Positions 19,116 to 28,547 are shown, counted from the stretch's first letter. The stretch: 64,000 bases of DNA from Myxococcota bacterium (GCA_040902485.1 JBBDXF010000019.1:6076-70075); one strand, 5' to 3'. A program made the numbers and translations. Notes: generated from the sequence alone by a model not told the origin.

Positions 19116-19700
19116 ATGCTGCTCTTCGTCGGGCTCGGAAACCCCGGGCCGCGCTATTCCGAGACGCCGCACAACGCGGGCTTCGTGGTCTGCGACCGGT
19201 TCGTCGAGCGGCACCGCTTCCCGGCGCCGGTCGAGAAGTACCAAGGCTTCTTCACGCGCGGGCGCGTCGGCGCCCACGACGTGGGTGTGCTCAAGCCGCA
19301 GACCTTCATGAACCTGTCGGGGCAGTCCGTGGCCGCGGCGCTGCGCTATCTGCCCGTCGAGCCGGCCGAGCTGGTCGTCGTGTTCGACGAGATGGACATC
19401 CCGAGCGGCAAGCTCCGGCTGCGGATCAAGGGCGGGCACGGCGGCCACAACGGCCTGCGCTCGATCGTGGAGCAGCTCGGAAGCGGAGACTTCCCGCGCA
19501 TTCGCGTGGGCATCGGCCGGCCGCCCGCGGGGCGCGAGCCGACCGGCCACCTGCTCTCGAAGGTCCGCGCCGAGGAGCGCGAGCGCTACGCGGCCACGAT
19601 CGAGCTCGCCGTGGACGCGCTCGACATGATCGTCGAGCAGGGCTTCGAGCTGGCGATGAACCGCTTCAACGGCCTGCCGCCGGCGGGTGCCGCTAGCTGA
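19116..19700 (+). CDS. pth: Peptidyl-tRNA hydrolase
   Basis: LLFVGLGNPGPRYSETPHNAGF, TFMNLSG and GGHGGHNGLRS. Confidence 0.95.
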   Translation: MLLFVGLGNPGPRYSETPHNAGFVVCDRFVERHRFPAPVEKYQGFFTRGRVGAHDVGVLKPQTFMNLSGQSVAAALRYLPVEPAELVVVFDEMDIPSGKLRLRIKGGHGGHNGLRSIVEQLGSGDFPRIRVGIGRPPAGREPTGHLLSKVRAEERERYAATIELAVDALDMIVEQGFELAMNRFNGLPPAGAAS

Positions 19701-20229
19701 TCGTGAAGGCCTCGCCGAAGCGCTTGCGCAGCTGCGCCTTCGGGACCCTCTCCTTGTGCGTCGCGATCATCCAGCGGTGCCCGAACGGGTCGCGGATGGT
19801 TCCGGTGCGATCGCCGTAGGGCATGTCCTCGACGGGACGCAGCAGCGTCGCGCCCGAGCTCACGGCCTCGGCGACGACCCCATCGACGTCGCGCACGTAC
19901 ACGTGGATCATCACGGGCGTCCCACCGACGGTGGTGGGGGAGAACACCCCTCCGTCGGCCCACTCGTCCGAGATCATGATCGGCATGCCCGAGATCAGGA
20001 TCTCGGCGTGACCGACCGAGCCGTCCGGCGCCGTCATGCGCAGCCGTTCCTTCGCGCCGAAGCCCGCCTTGTAGAAGTCGAGCGCGGCCGCGGCGCCCTT
20101 GCAGCACAGGTACGGAGTCACGGCGACCTGCGGGGCGAGCTTGGCCTTCGCCTTCGGCCGCGCCTTCGCCTTCGCGCTCTTGGCCTTCTTCCCCTTCTTC
20201 ACCGCCCGCTTCGCACGCTTGGTCGCCAT
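19693..20229 (-). CDS. VOC (glyoxalase/bleomycin-resistance, PhnB-like) protein with a Lys/Ala-rich N-terminal tail
   Basis: Residues 1-30 are MATKRAKRAVKKGKKAKSAKAKARPKAKAK. A PhnB-like core follows: VTPYLCCKGAAAALDFYKAGFGA...GHAEILI...YGDRTGTIRDPFGHRWMI. The 3' end overlaps pth convergently by 8 nt. Confidence 0.8.
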   Translation of the reverse strand: MATKRAKRAVKKGKKAKSAKAKARPKAKAKLAPQVAVTPYLCCKGAAAALDFYKAGFGAKERLRMTAPDGSVGHAEILISGMPIMISDEWADGGVFSPTTVGGTPVMIHVYVRDVDGVVAEAVSSGATLLRPVEDMPYGDRTGTIRDPFGHRWMIATHKERVPKAQLRKRFGEAFTIS

Positions 20230-20389
20230 GGTTCCTCCTCGCTTTGCGCTCGGGCGCGATCGTACCCTCCCGGCCGCATCGACGGGAAGCCCGCTGGCAA
20301 CCGCGCCCGCCTCGGTCTAGACTGCGCCCGCCGAACGGCACCTTCCTTGGTCCCGGTGTTTCCGGGGCCCGACGCCACGAGGAGAGGAC

Positions 20390-20869
20390 GTGCGAGAGTA
20401 CGAGTTCGTCTACGTGATCCAGCCCGACGCAACGCCCGAGCGCGAGGCCGAGATCCACCAGCGCATCGATCAGGTCGTGAACGATCAGAAGGGCCGCTTT
20501 CTGCTCCGCGACGACTGGGGCAAGCGCCGGCTCGCCTACGAGATCAAGAAGTTCCAGAAAGGCCACTACTTCCAGGTGAACTTCCTGGGCTGCGGCAAGG
20601 AGATCGGCGAGATCGAGCGCCTGATGCGGATCGACGCCGACATCCTCCGCTACCTGTCGGTGCTGGCCAACGAAGAGGTCGACGACGTCGAGACGCGCGT
20701 GGTCGAGGCGGCCAAACAGGCCGCGGAGCAGGCGCAGCGGCGCGCCGAGCGCGAGGCCGAGCGCGCGGCGCGCGAGGAGCGCGAGAAGGAGCGGGAGCGC
20801 GGCTTGCCCGTAGGCGAAGACGACGACGAGGAGCCCCGCTTCCGAGCCGACGACGAGGACGAGGAGTAG
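20390..20869 (+). CDS. rpsF: 30S ribosomal protein S6, with a long acidic C-terminal tail
   Basis: (M)REYEFVYVIQPD...WGKRRLAYEIKK...GHYF. GTG start with AGGAGAGG SD. The tail ends ...RADDEDEE. Confidence 0.93.
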   Translation: MREYEFVYVIQPDATPEREAEIHQRIDQVVNDQKGRFLLRDDWGKRRLAYEIKKFQKGHYFQVNFLGCGKEIGEIERLMRIDADILRYLSVLANEEVDDVETRVVEAAKQAAEQAQRRAEREAERAAREEREKERERGLPVGEDDDEEPRFRADDEDEE

Positions 20870-20875
20870 ACGGTC

Positions 20876-21151
20876 ATGGTCGACGTCATTGCCAAGAGGC
20901 CCGCGAAGAAGCGCCGCCGCGCCGGGCGCAAGATGTTCTCGCGTCACAAGGTGTGTCGGTTCTGCGCGGACAAAGAGATCGACATCGACTACAAGGACGC
21001 GAAGACGCTGCGCATCTTCCTGACCGAGCGCTGCAAGATCATCCCGCGCCGGATCAGCGGAAACTGCGCGCGTCACCAGCGCCGGCTGACCACGGCGATC
21101 AAGCGCGCGCGGCACCTCGCGCTCGTGCCGTACACGACGGCTCACGTCTAA
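20876..21151 (+). CDS. rpsR: 30S ribosomal protein S18
   Basis: [53 protein letters not shown]. Confidence 0.95.
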   Translation: MVDVIAKRPAKKRRRAGRKMFSRHKVCRFCADKEIDIDYKDAKTLRIFLTERCKIIPRRISGNCARHQRRLTTAIKRARHLALVPYTTAHV

Positions 21152-21177
21152 GACACGATCAGGGAGGCGAGGCGGCG

Positions 21178-21708
21178 ATGGCGACGATCGAGCTGATTCT
21201 CACCGAGGACATCCACCGGCTGGGCAACGCCGGCGACGTCGTGCGCGTGAAGGCCGGGTTCGGGCGCAACTACCTGCTGCCGCAAGGGAAGGCGATGCTC
21301 GCCACGGCCGGGCGCGTGAAGCAGGTCGAGCACCAGCGGCGCGTGATCGACGAGCTGCAGAAGAAGGCGATCGCGAGCTTCCAGGAGCTGGCGCGGCGCG
21401 TGGTCGCGGTCGAGATGACCTTCGAGATGCAGGCGAGCCCCGAGGGCAAGCTGTTCGGCTCGGTCACCAACGCCGACATCGCGGCGCGGCTCGAGGCCGC
21501 GGGCGTCGAGGTCGAGCGGCGCAAGATCGCGATCGCCGAGCCGATCAAGAGCACCGGCGAGCACACGATCACGGTCCGGCTCCACCGCGAGGTGCAGACG
21601 CCGATCGTGGTGAAGGTGGTCGCCAGCGGCGCGCCCGTCGAGGCGGCCGAGGCCGAGCCCGAGGGCATGGAGACCGAGGAGCGCCGCGATTTCAACGACG
21701 AGCGCTGA
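21178..21708 (+). CDS. rplI: 50S ribosomal protein L9
   Basis: An internal ATG at 21178 in the 19687..21708 frame gives MATIELILTEDIHRLGNAGDVVRVKAGFGRNYLLPQGKA. GGGAGG SD upstream. Confidence 0.93.
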   Translation: MATIELILTEDIHRLGNAGDVVRVKAGFGRNYLLPQGKAMLATAGRVKQVEHQRRVIDELQKKAIASFQELARRVVAVEMTFEMQASPEGKLFGSVTNADIAARLEAAGVEVERRKIAIAEPIKSTGEHTITVRLHREVQTPIVVKVVASGAPVEAAEAEPEGMETEERRDFNDER

Positions 21709-21759
21709 TCCGCTCGTGTAAGATCGAAGCCAACCGTTCGGCGAGGTAGGGGGGGCCAC

Positions 21760-23184
21760 TTGCCGAGAGCCGTAGATCCACTGCGCGCGATTCCGACCGA
21801 CCACGAGGCCGAGCGGGCGGTGCTCGGCGCGATCCTGCTCGACCCCGACGCGCTGTTCAAGGTCGCCGACCGGCTCGAGCCCGCGTCGTTCGACCTGCCT
21901 CGACACCGAATCGTGTACGAGTCGCTGCGCGAGCTGTCGGAGAAGCAGCAGGGACTCACGCTGATCACCCTGCGCGCGGCGCTCGAGGAGCGCGGGCTGC
22001 TGGAGCAGGCCGGCGGCGCGGGCTTCCTGTCACAGCTCGCCGACGCGGTGCCGACCGCGGCGCACATCGAGCACCACGCCGAGATCGTGCATCAGAAGGC
22101 GACCGCACGCGCGCTGATCCGCACCTGCGAGCGGATCGCCACGCGTGGCTACGACGCGCAGGAGAACGTCGCGCAGCTGCTCGAGGACGCCGAGCGCGAA
22201 GTGCTCTCGATCGCGGTGCACGGCGCGCACGCGGGCTTCACCTCCATGAAGGAGGAGATGCAGAGCACCTTCGAGTACATCGAGCGCGTGCAGTCGGGCC
22301 AGATCGTCGGCGTGCGCACGGGCTTCGAGGACTTCGACGCGCTCACCGGGGGCCTGAACGGCGGCGACCTCGCCGTCCTCGCCGCGCGGCCCAGCGTGGG
22401 CAAGACGGCGCTGGCGCTGAACTTCGCGCGCAACCACGCGGTCGACTACAACGGCTGCGTCGCGTTCTTCTCGCTGGAGATGACCAAGCGCGAGCTCGTG
22501 CTGCGGCTCCTGCTCGGCGAGGCGCAGATCGACAACAGCCGTTTCCGCAACGGCGTGCTCTCCGACAAGGACTGGCGCCGCCTCACGCAGGCCGCGAGCG
22601 TGCTCGAGAACGCGCGCATCCTGTTCGACGACAGCATGGCGGTCACGGTCGGTGACCTGGCCGCGAAGGCGCGCCGGCTCGACCGCGAGCAGAAGCTCTC
22701 GCTGCTCGTGATCGACTACATCCAGCTCGTCTCCGGCCGCGGCGACGGCGAGCGGCGCGAGCAGCAGGTGGCCGACATCAGCCGCTCGCTGAAGCTGCTC
22801 GCCAAGGATCTCGACATCCCGATCATCGCGCTCTCGCAGCTGAACCGCGGCCCGGAGAACCGGCCCGACAAGCGGCCGCAGCTCGCGGATCTGCGCGAGT
22901 CGGGCGCGATCGAGCAGGACGCCGACCTCGTCATGTTCGTGTACCGCGACGAGGTCTACGACCCCGAGAGCCCCGATGTCGGCAAGGCCGAGCTGATCAT
23001 CTCGAAGCAGCGCAACGGGCCCACCGGCGCGGTGAAGTTCTTCTTCGACAAGGAGCACGGCCGCTTCCGCAGCCTGTCGCACCGCAGCGACGCGCCGCCG
23101 CCGGAAGCCGGCTTCGACTCGGGCCCGCGCGATGGTTGGGGACCGCCGGCGGGCGGCGGTGGGGATGTGGAGCCGCCGTTCTGA
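21760..23184 (+). CDS. dnaB: Replicative DNA helicase DnaB
   Basis: HEAERAVLGAILLD, Walker A ARPSVGKTALAL, VIDYIQL and the SQLNRGPENRPDKRPQLADLRESGAIEQDAD blocks. TTG start preceded by GGTAGGGGGGG. No intein. Confidence 0.96.
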   Translation: MPRAVDPLRAIPTDHEAERAVLGAILLDPDALFKVADRLEPASFDLPRHRIVYESLRELSEKQQGLTLITLRAALEERGLLEQAGGAGFLSQLADAVPTAAHIEHHAEIVHQKATARALIRTCERIATRGYDAQENVAQLLEDAEREVLSIAVHGAHAGFTSMKEEMQSTFEYIERVQSGQIVGVRTGFEDFDALTGGLNGGDLAVLAARPSVGKTALALNFARNHAVDYNGCVAFFSLEMTKRELVLRLLLGEAQIDNSRFRNGVLSDKDWRRLTQAASVLENARILFDDSMAVTVGDLAAKARRLDREQKLSLLVIDYIQLVSGRGDGERREQQVADISRSLKLLAKDLDIPIIALSQLNRGPENRPDKRPQLADLRESGAIEQDADLVMFVYRDEVYDPESPDVGKAELIISKQRNGPTGAVKFFFDKEHGRFRSLSHRSDAPPPEAGFDSGPRDGWGPPAGGGGDVEPPF

Positions 23185-24122
23185 CGCGTCGGCGCGCGGC
23201 ACCCAAGCTGCGCAAGCCCCGGGCGTTGCGTCCCGGCGATGCGATCGGTATCTGCGCGCCGTCGGGGCCGGTGACGCCGGAGGTGCTCGACGCGGGCCTG
23301 GACTGGCTGGCCGCGCAGGGCCACCCGCTGGTGCTGGCCAAGAACCTGCGCGCGCGCGCGGGCTACCTGGCGGGCGGCGACGACGAGCGACTCGGCGATT
23401 TCCTCTCGCTGGTGCGCGATCCGAGCGTCGCGGTAATCCTGTGCGCGCGCGGGGGCTACGGAGTGGGCCGCATCCTGCGCGACGTCTCGGCGACGGAGCT
23501 GCGCGCTGCGCGCAAGCTCGTGGTCGGCTACAGCGACGCGACGCTGCTGCTCTCGTTCCTGTACACCTGCGCGGGTCTCTCGTCGCTGCACGGTCCCATG
23601 CTCGAGCGCGAGGACGTGACCCCCGAAGCGCGCGCGCGCGAGCTCGCGCTGATGCGCGGCGAGCCGGCGGGTCTGGCGTCGCTTTCGGGCCGGCCGGTTC
23701 GCGACGGCGTCGTCGAAGCGCCGCTGGTCGGCGGAAACCTGAAGCTCGTGGAGGCCAGCATCGGCACGCCTTGGCAGGTCGATGCGCGCGGCGCGATCCT
23801 GTTCCTCGAAGAGGTCTCCGAGGCACCCTACGCGCTCGATCGCGCGCTCGTGCACCTGCGCGAAGCGGGTCTGCTCGAAGGCGTGCGCGGCGTCGCGCTC
23901 GGTCAGCTCGTGCGTTGCGAGTCCGAGCGTTACCCTGGCGCGTCGGCAGGTGAGGCCGTTCGTGAAGTGCTGGGAAACGCCGTCGACGGTCCGATCGTCG
24001 AGGATCTTCCCTTCGGTCACGTCGCGGACAATCACGCGCTCGGCGTGGGTGTGCGCGCGCGACTCGATGGAGCGCGAGGTGAGCTGATGCTTCTGGAACC
24101 GGTGGTGGAGGTCGATTCGTGA
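23136..24122 (+). CDS. ldcA: LD-carboxypeptidase (peptidase S66, muramoyltetrapeptide carboxypeptidase-like)
   Basis: LRPGDAIGICAPSG..., GYLAGGDDERLGDF and ILCARGGYG. The start is uncertain: ATG 23136 overlaps dnaB by 49 nt, and TTG 23226 would give the short LdcA-like N-terminus. Confidence 0.8.
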   Translation: MGTAGGRRWGCGAAVLTRRRAAPKLRKPRALRPGDAIGICAPSGPVTPEVLDAGLDWLAAQGHPLVLAKNLRARAGYLAGGDDERLGDFLSLVRDPSVAVILCARGGYGVGRILRDVSATELRAARKLVVGYSDATLLLSFLYTCAGLSSLHGPMLEREDVTPEARARELALMRGEPAGLASLSGRPVRDGVVEAPLVGGNLKLVEASIGTPWQVDARGAILFLEEVSEAPYALDRALVHLREAGLLEGVRGVALGQLVRCESERYPGASAGEAVREVLGNAVDGPIVEDLPFGHVADNHALGVGVRARLDGARGELMLLEPVVEVDS

Positions 24123-25276
24123 AGCTCGCCGAGGTGAATCGACGGCTCGGCAAGGTCGAGCGCGCGATCGAGAAGGCGATCGAGGCCGGCGAGCTGCCGG
24201 GCGCGGTCGTGATGGCGCGCATGGGCGAGCAGCTCGCCTGCACCCGCGTGTGTGGCGCCGCGACGCTCGTGCCCGAGCGCATCGAGGCGCGCGAGAACAC
24301 GATCTACGACCTGGCCTCGATCACCAAGGTGATGGCGACCACCGCCTCCGTGATGCTGCTCGTGGCCGACGGCCGCATCGAGCTCGACGCGCCCGTCGCC
24401 ACCTACCTGCCCGCCTTCGCCGAGCGCGGCAAGGGAAAGATCAGCGTGCGCCACCTGCTCACGCACAGCTCGGGTCTTCGACCCTGGCGCGCGTACCACG
24501 CCGATCTGGCCGAGCGCGATCGGCGCCGCGGCGAGAGCGTGGTCGGCAGCGCGGCCGGCAAGGCCGAGGTCACGAGCCGCGTGCTGCGCAGCGCGCCGGT
24601 GCACGAGCCGGGCGAGGCGTCGGTGTACGGCGATCTCGACTTCATCGCGCTCGGCGCGCTGGTGGAGGCGGTCGCCGGCGAAGCGCTCGACGTGTTCTGC
24701 GCGCGGCGCATCTTCCAGCCGCTGGGTCTGGTCGACACGCGCTTCAACCATCTGCCGTACCGCGGCGAGCGCGCCCGCTACGCCGCCACCGAACAGTGTA
24801 GCTGGCGCGAGCGCGTGCTCTGGGGAGAGGTGCACGACCCGAACGCTTGGGCGATGGGCGGGGTCGCGGGCCACGCGGGCCTGTTCTCGACCGCGGGCGA
24901 GGTGCTGCGCTTCGGCCAGGAGATGCTCGCCGCCGATCGCGGCGAGAGCGCGATCTTCCCGGCCGAGGTCGCGCGCGAGTTCTTCCGCCGCCAGGAGATC
25001 GCGCCCTCGGGCCATCCGCCCGGGGGTCCGATGGCGGGCGACTGGGCGCTGGGCTGGGACACGCCCACGCCAGGGCAGTCGACCTCGGGCGAGCACTTCT
25101 CGAAGCGCTCGATCGGCCACACCGGCTTCACCGGCACGAGCCTGTGGATCGATCTCGAGCGCGGCATGATCGTGGTGTTCCTGTCCAATCGCATCCACCT
25201 GGTCGCGAAGCGCAGCCGTTTCGAGCTGCGCCCGCTCGTGCACGACCTGATCTGGGAGGCTTTCCTTGCCGGTTGA
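24119..25276 (+). CDS. Serine hydrolase, beta-lactamase/PBP-like (class C fold)
   Basis: SxxK motif in LASITKVM, then LLTHSSGL and HTGFTGTSLWID. GTGA start/stop overlap with ldcA. Confidence 0.8.
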   Translation: MKLAEVNRRLGKVERAIEKAIEAGELPGAVVMARMGEQLACTRVCGAATLVPERIEARENTIYDLASITKVMATTASVMLLVADGRIELDAPVATYLPAFAERGKGKISVRHLLTHSSGLRPWRAYHADLAERDRRRGESVVGSAAGKAEVTSRVLRSAPVHEPGEASVYGDLDFIALGALVEAVAGEALDVFCARRIFQPLGLVDTRFNHLPYRGERARYAATEQCSWRERVLWGEVHDPNAWAMGGVAGHAGLFSTAGEVLRFGQEMLAADRGESAIFPAEVAREFFRRQEIAPSGHPPGGPMAGDWALGWDTPTPGQSTSGEHFSKRSIGHTGFTGTSLWIDLERGMIVVFLSNRIHLVAKRSRFELRPLVHDLIWEAFLAG

Positions 25277-25363
25277 CTTCGCTCGGCTGCGCCTCGCTGC
25301 GCGCGGCTCTTCGAGCCGCTTGCGGGGCGGCCGCGGACGGCGCCCGTCTCGGGAACGGCTGCA

Positions 25364-26803
25364 GTGCCGATCATGAAGCCGGAAATCCCGCCGATCGAGA
25401 GCATTCGGCACGTGCATCTGGTGGCGATCTGCGGCACGGCGATGGGGTCGCTGGCCTGCATGCTGGTCGATCGCGGCTTTCACGTGACGGGCAGCGACAG
25501 CGACGCGTACCCGCCGATGAGCGACCAGCTCGCGGCCGCGGGCATCGAGGTGCAGAAGGGCTTTGCCGCCGAGCACGTGCTCGCGCCCCGGCCGGATCTG
25601 GTCGTGATCGGGAACGCGGTGCGGCGCGAGAACCCGGAGGCGCGCGCGGCGATCGACGGCGGTCTGCCGTACGTCTCGTTCTGCGACGCGATCCACCACT
25701 TCTTCCTGCGCGGCAAGCACAGCGTGGTGATCACCGGCACGCACGGCAAGACCACGACCACCAGCATCGTCGCCTGGATGCTCACCCACGCGGGGCGCGA
25801 TCCGTCGGCGCTGATCGGCGGCGTGTTCGCGAACTTCTCGGGCAGTTTCCGGCTCGGCGAGGGGCCGCACTTCGTGATCGAGGGCGACGAGTACGACACC
25901 GCGTTCTTCGACAAGACGCCGAAGTTCCTGCACTACGACGCGCGCACGCTGCTGGTCACGTCCGTCGAGTTCGATCACGCCGACATCTACAGCTCGCTCG
26001 AGCAGATCCAGGACGCGTTCCGCAAGGTCGTCGCCCAGGTTCCCGCGGACGGCGTGATCATCGCCGCGAGCGACGCCGACACCGTGCGCGAGGTGCTCGG
26101 GTCGGCGGTGGCGCGCGTCGAGAGCTACGGCTTCCGCGACGGCTCGGTCTGGCGTGTGTCCGACGTCGCGTTCGATCCCGCGGGCACGCAGTTCACGGTC
26201 TGGCGCCGCGACGAGCGCGTCGCGCGCGTGCGCATGCCGATGCACGGCCGGCACAACGTCGAGAACGTGCTCGGTGCGATCGCGGTCTGCGCGAGTCTGG
26301 GCCTGGAGCCCGAGGCCGCCGCCCGCGCGATGGCCGACTTCCACGGCGTGAAGCGGCGCCAGGAGCTGCGCGGCGAGGCGGGCGGCATGGCGGTGATCGA
26401 CGACTTCGCGCATCACCCGACGGCGGTGCGCGAGACGATCGCGGCGATCCGCTCGCGCTATCCCGACCGCAAGCTGTGGGCGATCCTCGAGCCACGCACG
26501 AACACCAGCCGCCGGCGCTTCTTCGAGAACTCCTTCGCCGACGCGCTCGCGACCGCCGACGAGGTGATCCTCGCCGGTGTCTTTCGCTCGGACGCGCTCG
26601 CCGAAGACGAGCGCATGCGGCCCGACAAGGTGGTCGAGCGCATCCGCGCCGCGGGCAAGAGGGCGAGCTACCTGGCCGAGGTCGACGAGATCATCGAGCA
26701 CCTCGCGCGCAACCGCACCGGCCGCGACGTGGCGCTGGTGATGTCGAACGGCGGCTTCGGCGGGATCTGGGACCGGCTGCTCGCGCGGCTCGGCCAGGCC
26801 TGA
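25364..26803 (+). CDS. mpl: UDP-N-acetylmuramate:L-alanyl-gamma-D-glutamyl-meso-diaminopimelate ligase (murein peptide ligase)
   Basis: HLVAICGTAMGSLACMLVDRGFHVTGSD, ITGTHGKTTT and EGDEYDTAFFDK, all typical of Mpl. The start is GTG 25364 or ATG 25373. Confidence 0.87.
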   Translation: MPIMKPEIPPIESIRHVHLVAICGTAMGSLACMLVDRGFHVTGSDSDAYPPMSDQLAAAGIEVQKGFAAEHVLAPRPDLVVIGNAVRRENPEARAAIDGGLPYVSFCDAIHHFFLRGKHSVVITGTHGKTTTTSIVAWMLTHAGRDPSALIGGVFANFSGSFRLGEGPHFVIEGDEYDTAFFDKTPKFLHYDARTLLVTSVEFDHADIYSSLEQIQDAFRKVVAQVPADGVIIAASDADTVREVLGSAVARVESYGFRDGSVWRVSDVAFDPAGTQFTVWRRDERVARVRMPMHGRHNVENVLGAIAVCASLGLEPEAAARAMADFHGVKRRQELRGEAGGMAVIDDFAHHPTAVRETIAAIRSRYPDRKLWAILEPRTNTSRRRFFENSFADALATADEVILAGVFRSDALAEDERMRPDKVVERIRAAGKRASYLAEVDEIIEHLARNRTGRDVALVMSNGGFGGIWDRLLARLGQA

Positions 26804-26807
26804 CGAG

Positions 26808-27239
26808 CTACTCCGGGAGCGTGTCGCCCGAGCCGCCGAAGTCTTTCGGAAAGTCCTTGAACTTCGGCAGACCGTCGCGCACTTGGAGCACCTTCTCGCC
26901 GTAGTGCACGTGCAGCGACGGCTTGTAGGCCAGACCCGAGATGGTTCCGGCGGGCACGTCGGTCATGCCGATCGCCGGGTGCTGGACCAGCACCGGGCTT
27001 CCGCACACGGTGCAGAACTGACGGTGGCTCGCCTCGGTCTTCTTGATCATGCCGAGCTTGTCGGCGCCCTTGGTCACCTTCACGCTCGCCGCCGGCCACA
27101 GAGTCGCCGCGTGGATCGGCGCGCCCAGCCAGCCGCGACACGAGCCGCAATGGCAGTACGCCTGGACCGCCGGCTCACCGCTGAGCTCGACCGCGACCGC
27201 GCCACAAAAGCATCCGCTGGACCGTTTCTGATCCGCCAT
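26808..27239 (-). CDS. GFA (glutathione-dependent formaldehyde-activating / CENP-V) family protein
   Basis: An internal ATG at 27239 gives MADQKRSSGCFCGAV...AYCHCGSCRGW...FCTVCGS (Zn-Cys clusters). The upstream part of the 217-aa ORF is not supported. Confidence 0.8.
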   Translation of the reverse strand: MADQKRSSGCFCGAVAVELSGEPAVQAYCHCGSCRGWLGAPIHAATLWPAASVKVTKGADKLGMIKKTEASHRQFCTVCGSPVLVQHPAIGMTDVPAGTISGLAYKPSLHVHYGEKVLQVRDGLPKFKDFPKDFGGSGDTLPE

Positions 27240-27306
27240 CGAATTTCCTCCGTTTCGGCATTTTGACAGATTCGACCCAACGCGTCGCTCGGCTACCATC
27301 CGCCGC

Positions 27307-27864
27307 ATGCAAGCGAACGAGCTCCGACGCGGAATGAACTTGCTGATCGACGGGCGTCCGTTCCGCGTTCTCGAATCCGAGATCCGCTCGCCCGGCAAGG
27401 GGCGCGCGTTCATCCAGGTGAAGCTGCGCAGCATCCTGGACGGCACGCAGCGCGAGATCAAGTTCTCGACCGCCGATCAGGTCGAGGAGGCGGCGATCGA
27501 GAGCCGCGACATGGACTACCTGTACTCCGAGCCGGACGGCGCGATCTTCATGGACACCGAGAGCTACGAGCAGATGACGATCGCCGACGACGTGCTCGGC
27601 GACGCCAAGCCGTGGCTCGCCGAGGGCATGAAGGCCAGCGTCGAGACGCTCGACGGCGTGCCGATCGGACTGACGCTGCCAAAGTCCGTCGAGGTCACGG
27701 TGCGCCAGGCCGAGGCGACCGTGAAGGGCCAGACCGCGGCCAAGTCGAGCAAGCCCGCGGTGCTCGAGAACGGCGTCGCGATCCAGGTGCCCGCCTTCAT
27801 CGAGTCCGGTCAGCGCATCCGCGTCGATCCGACCGAGAAGCGCTACATCGAGCGCGTGAAGTAG
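27307..27864 (+). CDS. efp: Elongation factor P
   Basis: ANELRRGMNLLIDGRPFRVLESEIRSPGKGRAFIQVKLR, with Lys at the tip of the PGKG loop. Confidence 0.96.
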   Translation: MQANELRRGMNLLIDGRPFRVLESEIRSPGKGRAFIQVKLRSILDGTQREIKFSTADQVEEAAIESRDMDYLYSEPDGAIFMDTESYEQMTIADDVLGDAKPWLAEGMKASVETLDGVPIGLTLPKSVEVTVRQAEATVKGQTAAKSSKPAVLENGVAIQVPAFIESGQRIRVDPTEKRYIERVK

Positions 27865-27868
27865 CTCC

Positions 27869-28543
27869 GTGCGCGCGGCGCTCGTCTGTCTGCTCTGCAC
27901 CGCGGCCTGCGCGAGTCCCGTAGGCTGGCTCTCGAACTACGGGCTGCCGTACTCGGAGCCGACCCACTGGCCGTACTGCGTGACCGAGGTCGCGAAGCAC
28001 TGGATCTCGTACCCGGCGCAGCGCAAGCGCCGCGTCGATCTGGTGTGCGGGCCGAAGGCGTCGTCGCTCGAGCGCGGCCTCGAGCTGCTCGGCGCGTACT
28101 CGTTCGACCGCATCAACGACCGGAAGGGCGGGCGCGTGCGCATCGTGCTGAGCGCGCAGTCGCTCGCGCCCGCGGTCGGCGCCGCGCCGGAACGCGCGGA
28201 CCTGGCCGCGTTCGAGGCTGTGCGCCTCGCGGATCTGCTGCGCAATCCCGCGCTGACCGCGACCTACGTGCCCTGGCAGAAGAGCCGCGCGGTCGAGGTC
28301 GCGAGCCGCTCCGAGCCGGTCGTCGTGCGCGAGCGGCCCTGGCAACACGTGATCGTGTCGACGCACGAGGAGCCCGACAACATCTGGGTCGAGGACTACA
28401 TCACGAAGCTCGACGACTCGGCGGTGCTCGTGCTGCGCGCGCGCTACGCGCTCGACGTTCCGCAGGTGCCCGAGAAGCTCGAGAAGCGGCGGGCGCTGAC
28501 GCGCTCGATCCTGGAGGGGATCGACGTGGTCGCGCTGCCGTGA
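27869..28543 (+). CDS. Hypothetical lipoprotein
   Basis: GTG start 4 nt after the efp stop. The N-terminus MRAALVCLLCTAAC resembles a lipobox. No recognisable domain. Confidence 0.55.
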   Translation: MRAALVCLLCTAACASPVGWLSNYGLPYSEPTHWPYCVTEVAKHWISYPAQRKRRVDLVCGPKASSLERGLELLGAYSFDRINDRKGGRVRIVLSAQSLAPAVGAAPERADLAAFEAVRLADLLRNPALTATYVPWQKSRAVEVASRSEPVVVRERPWQHVIVSTHEEPDNIWVEDYITKLDDSAVLVLRARYALDVPQVPEKLEKRRALTRSILEGIDVVALP

Positions 28544-28547
28544 CGCG

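Noticed and set aside
20780-20869. Link between the acidic C-terminus of S6 (...DDEDEE) and the RimK-related ATP-grasp at 49565-50527
   Set aside because: RimK glutamylates S6 in E. coli. However, the ATP-grasp here sits in a dedicated operon with a 7TM protein and peptidases about 29 kb away, and it resembles the 7TM-associated clade rather than RimK proper. There is no positional or sequence evidence for a link.
22030-26701. 756-aa and 889-aa minus-strand ORFs (22030..24300, 24032..26701)
   Set aside because: They are antisense to dnaB, ldcA, the serine hydrolase and mpl. The translations are Arg/Ala/Pro-rich with no domains.
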